Shown: one piece after another, positions 23,344 through 30,836 of the stretch
Layout: the number at the start of each line of letters is the position of its first letter
How positions within the stretch are numbered: the first letter of the stretch is position 1
From: a virus
Taxonomy: Duplodnaviria; Caudoviricetes
Virus record (IMG/VR): IMGVR_UViG_3300036833_000139
Location: 1 to 30,836 of that record
DNA length: 30,836 bases
Reading direction: 5' to 3' (one strand)
The notes under the pieces: generated by a model
Told to the model about the DNA's origin: nothing
Seen by the model: only the letters and a program-made list of their open reading frames with translations
Database searches by the model: none
Made by a program: the position numbers and the translations under genes

Positions 23344-25161
23344 GTGCCTATTAGCTTTGCACAAATCCCGCAAAATATCAAAGTGCCCCTCTACTGGGTG
23401 GAGGTCGACCCCTCGATGGCCGGTCTGCCATCGATCAACTTGCGTGCTCTCTTGATGGGCACGATGTTGACTGGACCGAGTTCGGGCATCTCCACTGCGA
23501 CATGGGCAGCGGGCGTAACGACGTTCACGACGTCCTCGGCTCTCAATCTGACTGTGGGTCAAGCGATCACTGTCGAAGGAGTGACCCCGACCGCTTACGA
23601 TGGCAACTACACAACGATCACGGGGACGACCGGATCGACCGTCGTCGTGACTGGTCCGACCCTAAATCCTGGGACATATACCAGCGGCGGTCTGATCGTC
23701 GCGCTAGACCCGAGTATCGCTGATGCCACGCCGGATGTGCCAATTCCGATCGGCTCGCAGGCGCAGGCCAACGCCCGCTTCGGCCACGGCTCGGAACTGG
23801 CGCGCATGTTCCAAGCCTATTATGCCAATAACTTTGCGAATGAGGTTTGGGGAACTGGGTTATCAGAGCCGATCGGTGCCAGCGCTGCCACCGGCGATAT
23901 TGTGATATCGACGCCGCCGACTGCGGCCGGAACGATCTTCCTGTACATCTCGGGCACCTTCGTGCCGGTCAACATCGCCACCACCGACACCGTCGACGAC
24001 ATCGGCTCGGCGATCGAGATGGCGATCAACGATGACGACACGTTGCCGGTGTCGGCAGTGAACACGACGGGCACGGTGGCGCTCACCGCGGTATGGAAAG
24101 GCATCGCGGGCAATGAGATCACGGTGCAACTCAACTACTACGGCGGTCGTGGCGGCGAGGCGACCCCGGTCGGACTCGGCATCAGCTTGCCGCCCAGTGG
24201 CACACTCACCGGCGGCGTCGGCACGCCGTCGCTGACCAATGCCATCCTCAACCTGGGTGAATCGCCGTTCGAATACGTCGCCTGCGGCTATACCGACTCC
24301 AACACCATCTTCGATCTCGATCAGGAATACGGCTTCACCGACCAGGGCCGCTGGGGCTGGCAGCGTCAGCTGTTCGGCCACGTGTTCATGGCAAGGCGCG
24401 GCGAGTATTCCGATCTGGTGTTGTGGGGCCTCAACAACAATTCGGGTGTGGTCTCGGCAATGGCGTTCGAAAGCATGGCGCCGAGTCCGAACTTCGAATG
24501 GGCCGCGGCCTATGCCGCCAAGGCGCAACGCGCGCTGATCAACGATCCGGCGCGGCCGTTGCAATCGCTCTCGCTCAACAAGATCAAGGGCGCGCCGGAG
24601 CACCATCAGTTCGACTTCGTCGAGCTGAATTCGCTGGCTAGCTCTGGGCTCGCGATCCAGCAGATGGGCAGCGACAAGCAGCCGATGATCCTGCGTGAGC
24701 AGACGATGTATCAGCTCAACCTGTACGGGGCGACCGACGACGCCTACGAGCTGGTCACTACCTTGGCGACGCTGGCCAAGCTGATGCGCAATCAGAAACA
24801 CGTCATCACCACCAAGTTCCCACGTCACAAGCTGGCCGACGACGGCACCAAGTTCGGACCCGGGCAAGCAATCGTCACCCCCGGCATCATCAAGGCCGAA
24901 CTGATCGCCGATTATCAGCAGGATGAATACAACGGCCTTGTGGAGAATCTGGCGGCCTTCAAGGCGCATCTACTTGTGGAGCGGGACCCGAATGATCCGA
25001 ACCGGGCGAACGTGTTGTATCCGCCCGATCTGATCAACCAATTGCGCATCTTCGCGGTGCTCAATCAGTTCCGCCTGCAGTACGACCGCGGCGTCGATAC
25101 CGCGATCATCGGCCCGGCGCCGTCGCCGTTCAACGCCGCCTCGCAGATCCTGGTCGGCTAA
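23344..25161 (+). CDS. Tail sheath protein (Mu gpL-like)
   Basis: AAGGAGG RBS; MPISFAQIP...VPL..VEVD.S.A, FG.GSELARM, DPARPLQSL, RHKLADDG, IVTP..IKAEL, VERDPNDPNR...PPDLINQLRIFA..QFRLQ. Confidence 0.96.
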   Translation: MPISFAQIPQNIKVPLYWVEVDPSMAGLPSINLRALLMGTMLTGPSSGISTATWAAGVTTFTTSSALNLTVGQAITVEGVTPTAYDGNYTTITGTTGSTVVVTGPTLNPGTYTSGGLIVALDPSIADATPDVPIPIGSQAQANARFGHGSELARMFQAYYANNFANEVWGTGLSEPIGASAATGDIVISTPPTAAGTIFLYISGTFVPVNIATTDTVDDIGSAIEMAINDDDTLPVSAVNTTGTVALTAVWKGIAGNEITVQLNYYGGRGGEATPVGLGISLPPSGTLTGGVGTPSLTNAILNLGESPFEYVACGYTDSNTIFDLDQEYGFTDQGRWGWQRQLFGHVFMARRGEYSDLVLWGLNNNSGVVSAMAFESMAPSPNFEWAAAYAAKAQRALINDPARPLQSLSLNKIKGAPEHHQFDFVELNSLASSGLAIQQMGSDKQPMILREQTMYQLNLYGATDDAYELVTTLATLAKLMRNQKHVITTKFPRHKLADDGTKFGPGQAIVTPGIIKAELIADYQQDEYNGLVENLAAFKAHLLVERDPNDPNRANVLYPPDLINQLRIFAVLNQFRLQYDRGVDTAIIGPAPSPFNAASQILVG

Positions 25162-25168
25162 GCAAATC

Positions 25169-25242
25169 GAGCGCCGCGCCCTGCGGCGCTCACCTCTGGC
25201 CCGCCGTGACGGCGCGCCCTTCCTCACAAATGGAGAACGACA
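25169..25242 (+). promoter_or_regulatory. Structured leader of tail tube gene (two hairpins plus GGAG RBS)
   Basis: GAGCGCCGC-gccct-GCGGCGCTC then CGCC-GTGAC-GGCG, TTCC, ATGGAG. Confidence 0.6.
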
Positions 25243-25608
25243 ATGGCCCAACGGGTCGCAGGAATCGCGTTCCTCGCTGTCGACGGCAATCAGCTGCAGC
25301 TGCGTGGCAATTTCACCGTCTCACCGTCGGCGGTAGAGAGGACCATGATAGCTGGTCAGGATGGGGTACATGGATACCAGGAGCTTCCCAGAGTACCTTA
25401 CATCGAGGGTGACATCACCACCATGCCCGGCCTCTCGCTCGAGGCGCTCGAGCAGGAAACTGATAGCACAGTTGTGGCACAGCTCGCCAATAACATGCAG
25501 TACACCTTGATTGGATCAACATGTAAGGCCGGGCTCGAGGCCAACACCCGCGACGGTCAGGTGCGGGTGCGGTGGGAAGGCTTGAGTTGCCAAGAGGTCC
25601 CGCTCTAA
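25243..25608 (+). CDS. Tail tube protein (Mu gpM-like)
   Basis: RVAGIAFLAVDG...R..IAGQDGVHGYQE.P..PYIEG...TVVAQLAN; directly after sheath. Confidence 0.93.
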   Translation: MAQRVAGIAFLAVDGNQLQLRGNFTVSPSAVERTMIAGQDGVHGYQELPRVPYIEGDITTMPGLSLEALEQETDSTVVAQLANNMQYTLIGSTCKAGLEANTRDGQVRVRWEGLSCQEVPL

Positions 25609-25643
25609 TCTGATCAACAACAACAAATCATGGATGGCAAAAC

Positions 25644-26105
25644 ATGAACGATGTTCCGCGCGATCAATCGCAGTTTCGCGAGGGGTTCGTCAGTACACCC
25701 GGCCCTGCCGACAAGTCCAAGCCCAAGGACGTAGCGGCGGCGCTGGCGTCGCATCCGGGTCCGGAGATTGCCGATTCTCCGGCCGAGCTGGACGTTGCCG
25801 CGCCGATCGTAACGTGGCCGATGGTGGTTAAGTTGTCGTTCAAGCCGATCCCGAACGGCAAAGGTGAGACCGTCGACGAACTGGTGTTCCGTGAGCCCAA
25901 GGGCGGCGACATCAACCGCTATGGCAATCCGGTGCGCATGAACGCGGCCGGGGATTGGTGCATCGAGGAGCGCAAGATGCACTACATCATGGCGGCGCTG
26001 TCCGACGTATTGCCGCCGTTCCTCGACGCCATGGATACGCGCGACTGGAATTTCGCGGCCTATGAACTGATGCGTTTTTTTCTTCCAACTCGTCGGGTGT
26101 CTTAG
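25644..26105 (+). CDS. Tail assembly chaperone (Mu gp41/P2 gpE-like)
   Basis: VKLSFKPI...VDELVFREPKGGDI...LDAMDTRDW...RFF; between tube and tape measure. Confidence 0.88.
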   Translation: MNDVPRDQSQFREGFVSTPGPADKSKPKDVAAALASHPGPEIADSPAELDVAAPIVTWPMVVKLSFKPIPNGKGETVDELVFREPKGGDINRYGNPVRMNAAGDWCIEERKMHYIMAALSDVLPPFLDAMDTRDWNFAAYELMRFFLPTRRVS

Positions 26106-26266
26106 GCGCCGAACTCGACATCATCCTCGATTGCTACCGTCTCGCCCACTACTACCATCAACCGCCTGAAATGTTTCTCAACATGACGCTCGGCGAAGTG
26201 CGCCTGCATTTGCATCGCACCTCGCAGCTCGAGCGGCAACGCGCGCGCGAGTCATCGGATGGCTGA
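26075..26266 (+). other. Programmed -1 frameshift site (T7 at 26075-26081) and chaperone extension frame
   Basis: -1 frame reads SSNSSGVLGAELDIILDCYRLAHYYHQPPEMFLNMTLGEVRLHLHRT...SDG* to TGA 26264-26266 and has no convincing upstream start of its own. Confidence 0.8.
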
Positions 26267-29200
26267 AGAACAAGTCGTCAGAGTGCAGGCGGTGCTCGAT
26301 GATCAGGCTACGGCCCAGATCATTCAGCTACGCAAGACGATGGATGATGCTTCCCAGGCCGCGGCGACGGCCGGGCAGCGGGTGGGCGAAGGCGTTACTG
26401 AGGTCGAAAAAGCGATTGCGAATCTCGGCCAATCGGTGCTTGGCGTCGGCCGCACGTTTCAGGACTTAGGGCGCGTGATCGGCCCCGTTCCGCTGGCGAT
26501 CGGACTGGTCGGTTATGAGATCGTCCGCAGCATCGGGGCGATGAAAGAGTGGGCGCAGGCGGGCGCCGAGATGGGTAATGCCGCGCGGCGGATCGGCATA
26601 GATCCTGGCCAGTTCACCGCGATCACCGATCAGATGCGGGCGATGGGCACCAACTCCAAGGACGCCATTAACAATTTGATCGGTTTCAATCGCGCCTACA
26701 CCGAGATCATGACGAGCCCGGAGAAGCGGCAGGAGATCCTGAAGCTCGCGCCGGGGCACGCGCAGGAGATGGCGCGATTCCTGCTCGAATACGCGCGCAC
26801 CAACGATCAGCTGACGCAGATGAACGCCGTTCGGCACGCGGCGACGTTCGTGCGCCAGAACGAGCTGAACGAAACGCACAATGAGCGGATGGCGGCTTTC
26901 CGCGAAGAGCAAGTTCTGCAGGCGTTCAATGCCCAATTTCTTGAAAAATACACCAAGGATTTGACGCAAGCTGATCTTGCCCACATCCAGCATTTGCGCG
27001 AGCTGAACACCAAACAGGACGATCTGCACATAGCCCTGAGCAAGGAGGCCGTCACCCGCGACGCTCTCAGCCGCGAATTGCACGGCATGATCGCCGGGCC
27101 AGAAACCGAATTGGTCAAGTTCGCGACGCGGATCGAAGCCGAGATTCTGCAGCGGATGGAAAAAGCCACCTCGCTCATGGAATTCATCGCGGGCTATGCG
27201 CATGGCGCCGATACCGGCGAAGGGCCACAAGCATTTCCCAATCTGCCGAACTGGTGGCGGCGTTTCCTGTTCACCGACTTGCTGACCGGCCAAATGGATA
27301 CTGGCCAGGGCGCGCCGATCCTTCACCAATGGGCGCAGGGTGCGCGCGGCAGTCTAGCCAATCAGCTCGGGCTCGGCTCGCTAGGCGGACCGGCAACCGG
27401 CGGCGGTGCCACCAGCATTGCGCGGTTCTCCGGCGGTGATGAAGACGACATCCGGCAAACCGAGACGCAAACCACCAGCCTGGGTGAGAACAGCGATGAG
27501 ATCCGCCAGCTCAATGCGAATATGGATCTGATGCTCGATCGGTTAGAGAGCGGCGGTGGGCCCGGTGGACTTGGTGGAGGTGGCGGAGGTGGTGGGTTCG
27601 GCGGCGGAGGAGGTGGTGGAGGTGGAGGCGGTGGCTATCGCGGCGGAACGACCGGCACGGGCACGGACGGCACGACGACAGTAACACCGCTGCCGTCACC
27701 GGCAATCGGACCAACAGGCACGCCGCTCGCAGGCGTAACAGGCGGCCAGCCATTCGGCCTCAACGTCAGCCCCGAACGGTTCAGCGAGATCACGGGGTTG
27801 CCGCCGAGCTTCATGAATGTCACCGCGGGGCAACGCGCCTATGCGCGCGGCATCAGTACGGGGATGGGTCCGGGCGGCGTCGGGCTCGATGCTCGATTTG
27901 TAGGTGGAAAACCTGCGGTGAGTTGGCCAACGACGGCAGCGGTCGGTGGTGGCGGCGGTCTCGGCACCGCAACCGGTGGCCCTGCGGTCAAAGCAGGCCC
28001 GAGCGGCGCTGTTGATCCAAACGCGTTGTTTCAATCCTACGTCACCAAGTTCAAGGGCACTTCGCTCGACGGTTTTGTGCCCAAGGATGGTGCTCAGTTT
28101 GGCATCACCAAAGGCACACCGGAGGAATGGGCTCGGCTTGCACTTGCCACGTCGATGCAGGAGAGCGGGCTTAAAGCAAACGCGGCCCATGGCGGCCTCA
28201 ATCAGTTTGATCGAACCGCTAAGTCCGATGATCTTGCAAACTATGGCTTGCGCGGTCGCGATGTTAACGACCCCGACGCGCAGGCGCAGGCATTGGTCAA
28301 CGTGATGACCAAGTTCATCCCGCGCGATGGCGTCATCACGAGCCCACAGAGTCGTACCCAAGCCGGTGCTGGTAGATACTTTGGATCATTGGTTCGTGAT
28401 TGGAATCATCCCGGCATTGACGTGCTGCGCAACAACTACTTGGAATCGGCTGGCAAGGTTGCGGCAGCAAATGCGGTACAACAAACGACGACGCCGACCA
28501 CAACTGGCTCTCAAGTTGTTGAAACACTCCCCAGTGGCGCGCAAGTCATTCGCGGCGCTGCTACCACGACTCAGGTGACCGGCGTTTCATCAAGCAATCC
28601 GTTATTAACGGGAGTGAACCCGACCACTGGCCAGCCGATTGACAGGGCGGTCCTGCAACAAGCCGCACAGATAGTCCAGTTGGGCAACGCGCGTGGTACT
28701 CAAGGAGAGGCTTTACAGCAAGTCAAACAATACATCACGAGCCAGGGGTTAACATATTCCACAGGGGAGGACTGTGCCGAGTTTGTCACCGCGGTACTGG
28801 CGCGGTCGCAGCATCTCTCTCCAGGGGCGCTGCCACAGGGCGTGAAGGGCGACTATCCATCGGCCGCATCCTATCTCCACTACGGGGATGAGGTGGACGC
28901 GGCGCATGCTCAGCCCGGTGACGTGCTCTCCAAGCGTGGCGGGGGCCACGCGATGATTGTCGGGCCTGACGGGTATAACCCTCAGACCCATATACTGGAC
29001 GTCCTATCAGCCAACAATGATAGACGAGTGCCGGTTCATGTTGGCGCAGATGGGAGGATCGACGAAGGGTACTATAATCAATTTCGCATCGGCCACATGC
29101 CTGTTGATTCGACAAAAGTTGCGGCACCGCAGGGGGCAACCGGGACCGATCCAAACAATCCTTTTGCGTGGCCGACATCGGGGACCGAGTCAAACGCTGA

Positions 29201-29504
29201 CTCGATCAAACGCATGAACGCGATTGCGCTCGGTGGCGACAAAGGCATCAAGCTTCCAATCAAAGGCGGTGATGACACCGGCGACGTGGATGCGGATCGG
29301 GCGACAGTGGATAAACGCGCGGCAGCGGTCGCGGCGCAGCAGAGCATCAAGCTCAAGATCAAACACAAGAACGCGTCCGCCGACACCACGGTGAAGACCG
29401 AGGGCGAGGCGTTCAAGGGCAGCAGCATGGAGCGCACGAATGCGCCGCCGCCGCCCAAGGAAGCGGCGACCAAGTTCAAGGCGGGCGGCTTGGAGTTTGC
29501 ATAA
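26259..29504 (+). CDS. Tape measure protein 1 with C-terminal lytic-transglycosylase-like and CHAP/NlpC-like domains
   Basis: Helical N-terminal ~430 aa, Gly linker, SMQESGL...GLNQF, DCAEFV...QPGDVL...GHAMIV...LSANN. Confidence 0.85.
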   Translation: MAEEQVVRVQAVLDDQATAQIIQLRKTMDDASQAAATAGQRVGEGVTEVEKAIANLGQSVLGVGRTFQDLGRVIGPVPLAIGLVGYEIVRSIGAMKEWAQAGAEMGNAARRIGIDPGQFTAITDQMRAMGTNSKDAINNLIGFNRAYTEIMTSPEKRQEILKLAPGHAQEMARFLLEYARTNDQLTQMNAVRHAATFVRQNELNETHNERMAAFREEQVLQAFNAQFLEKYTKDLTQADLAHIQHLRELNTKQDDLHIALSKEAVTRDALSRELHGMIAGPETELVKFATRIEAEILQRMEKATSLMEFIAGYAHGADTGEGPQAFPNLPNWWRRFLFTDLLTGQMDTGQGAPILHQWAQGARGSLANQLGLGSLGGPATGGGATSIARFSGGDEDDIRQTETQTTSLGENSDEIRQLNANMDLMLDRLESGGGPGGLGGGGGGGGFGGGGGGGGGGGGYRGGTTGTGTDGTTTVTPLPSPAIGPTGTPLAGVTGGQPFGLNVSPERFSEITGLPPSFMNVTAGQRAYARGISTGMGPGGVGLDARFVGGKPAVSWPTTAAVGGGGGLGTATGGPAVKAGPSGAVDPNALFQSYVTKFKGTSLDGFVPKDGAQFGITKGTPEEWARLALATSMQESGLKANAAHGGLNQFDRTAKSDDLANYGLRGRDVNDPDAQAQALVNVMTKFIPRDGVITSPQSRTQAGAGRYFGSLVRDWNHPGIDVLRNNYLESAGKVAAANAVQQTTTPTTTGSQVVETLPSGAQVIRGAATTTQVTGVSSSNPLLTGVNPTTGQPIDRAVLQQAAQIVQLGNARGTQGEALQQVKQYITSQGLTYSTGEDCAEFVTAVLARSQHLSPGALPQGVKGDYPSAASYLHYGDEVDAAHAQPGDVLSKRGGGHAMIVGPDGYNPQTHILDVLSANNDRRVPVHVGADGRIDEGYYNQFRIGHMPVDSTKVAAPQGATGTDPNNPFAWPTSGTESNADSIKRMNAIALGGDKGIKLPIKGGDDTGDVDADRATVDKRAAAVAAQQSIKLKIKHKNASADTTVKTEGEAFKGSSMERTNAPPPPKEAATKFKAGGLEFA

Positions 29505-30836
29505 ATGGCCGACGAGGAAGTCGTCAAAGTCCTGAGAATCCGCGCCCAGGTGGAGGGCGAAGCGGTCTCCAAGCTGCAGGCGATTCAGCAGGAGCTGGGC
29601 AAGCTCAGCACCGGATCGACGCGGCGTTCGATGCAGGCGGCGACGGAACAGGCGACCGAGTTTCAGCGCGCCGCGGCCCGGCTCAGTGAATCAGCACTCG
29701 GTATCGGCCGCACGTTCAAGGATCTGGCCGCCGTGCTGGGCCCGGTGCCGATCGCCATTGGCCTGATCGGCTACGAACTGGTCCGGCAAATCAATGCGAT
29801 GAAGGAACACGCGCGCGCCTCAACGGAAATGAGCCAAGCGGCACGGCGCGCCGGATTGGGCGCAGGCGAATATGCACTCATTAACGAAAATTTGCGCAAA
29901 GCCGGGCTGAACGCGGAGCAAGCAACCGGCACCTTGCAAGGCTTCAGCCGTGCGGTTGCCGAGCTGAGCATTCAAGGCAGCGAGCGGCGTCAGCAAATCA
30001 TGCGCGATGCTGGTCCGTACTATGCCGAGCTGCAGTCTGGCTTGGTCAAGATGATGCAGGCGGGCAGTTACTACAAGCAGATGCAGGAGGCGCAGCGGAT
30101 TGCCAACAACGTCGCCGCCAATGAATTCAACCAAAGCCACAATGCGCGCTTGGCGGCTTTCCGCAAGGAGCAAATCCTGCGCGACCTTGGCATGGAGCAA
30201 CTGATCGATGCCAACAAGGATCTCGAGGATATTGAGGAAGGTCGCACGAAGCATCTCGATGAAGTGTATGCCGGGCAAGAGAAGCTGAACACGGCGCTCG
30301 ATGACGAACAATCAACGCGCGAGCAAATCTATCGCGAGGCGATGAGCTGGACCGCTGGATTCAATACCGCGCTGGTCAATCTCACCACCGAATTCGAAAA
30401 AGGTCTGCTGCACGATCTCGAGCGCGGCAGCATCTTGAAGCCGCCGGGTGAAGGGGTGCAGCCCGGATTGCAGCCGGGTGTGACCAAGGAAGACTGGACC
30501 AAGAAGGGGGGGGTGATTGATCCGAGCTGGGGCTGGCACAATCTGTTTGGTCGTGGTGGCGGTGGTGCGGCCGCGCCACAGCGTCTTTCTGATAACGCGG
30601 ATGTGTTGGGCCTTGCGCCGGGCTCGCTCGGCTATGGCGATATCAGCAAAGGCTGGCGGCGCTCGACGAACATCGAAGACCACAGCGACCGTGTCGAGCA
30701 ACAAACCAAGGAAGTCGACCAGAACACCGAGCAGCTGCACGGCTTGAATCTGCGGATGAAGCGCTGGCTCGATCAGGACAGGGGTTCGATCCCGATCCGG
30801 GCCATGGCCGAAGGTGGCATTGTGCAAGGGCCAACA
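29505..30836 (+). CDS. Tape measure protein 2 (paralogue of TMP1; partial, runs off the window)
   Basis: Manual translation open from ATG 29505 to the window end; LGIGRTFKDLAAVLGPVPIAIGLIGYELVR matches TMP1; last residues in window are MAEGGIVQGPT. Confidence 0.88.
   Translation, partial: MADEEVVKVLRIRAQVEGEAVSKLQAIQQELGKLSTGSTRRSMQAATEQATEFQRAAARLSESALGIGRTFKDLAAVLGPVPIAIGLIGYELVRQINAMKEHARASTEMSQAARRAGLGAGEYALINENLRKAGLNAEQATGTLQGFSRAVAELSIQGSERRQQIMRDAGPYYAELQSGLVKMMQAGSYYKQMQEAQRIANNVAANEFNQSHNARLAAFRKEQILRDLGMEQLIDANKDLEDIEEGRTKHLDEVYAGQEKLNTALDDEQSTREQIYREAMSWTAGFNTALVNLTTEFEKGLLHDLERGSILKPPGEGVQPGLQPGVTKEDWTKKGGVIDPSWGWHNLFGRGGGGAAAPQRLSDNADVLGLAPGSLGYGDISKGWRRSTNIEDHSDRVEQQTKEVDQNTEQLHGLNLRMKRWLDQDRGSIPIRAMAEGGIVQGPT

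Noticed and set aside
27552-27635. GGN-rich tract as a regulatory repeat or G-quadruplex
   Set aside because: Explained by a poly-Gly linker with mixed codons in TMP1
30506-30513. G8 tract in TMP2 as a phase-variation switch
   Set aside because: Frame is intact and 8 G in GC-rich DNA is weak evidence without read-level length variation
1-30836. tRNA, rRNA, integrase/att sites, lysis cassette
   Set aside because: None recognisable; the small TM genes at 5068-5640 lack an adjacent endolysin, so they were not called holins or spanins

Overview
The whole window is phage DNA, GC-rich and resembling alphaproteobacterial phages. No host genes, integrase or lysis genes are visible, so prophage versus free phage cannot be decided. 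It holds a morphogenesis region that combines an HK97-type head (TerL, prohead protease-major capsid fusion, portal, head-tail connector) with a Mu-like contractile tail (sheath, tube, frameshifting chaperone, tape measure). Leftward accessory operons are interleaved, two of them with visible promoters and operators. The most striking observation is a zeta-toxin-like P-loop kinase (7655-8794) whose first ~40 aa closely copy the N-terminal Cys/Trp module of the protease-capsid polyprotein, suggesting a capsid-loading tag for a virion-delivered effector. Other unusual points are a 26-bp direct-repeat-flanked uORF/hairpin cassette before that gene, an orphan MbcA/ParS-type antitoxin, a second capsid paralogue, two tandem tape-measure paralogues, a TPR-GT9 glycosyltransferase plus methyltransferase inside the tail operon, an antisense GIY-YIG/NUMOD3 endonuclease that separated the sheath gene from its leader, and two families of repeated RNA hairpins upstream of structural-gene starts. 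All family calls come from motif recognition by eye; no searches were run.
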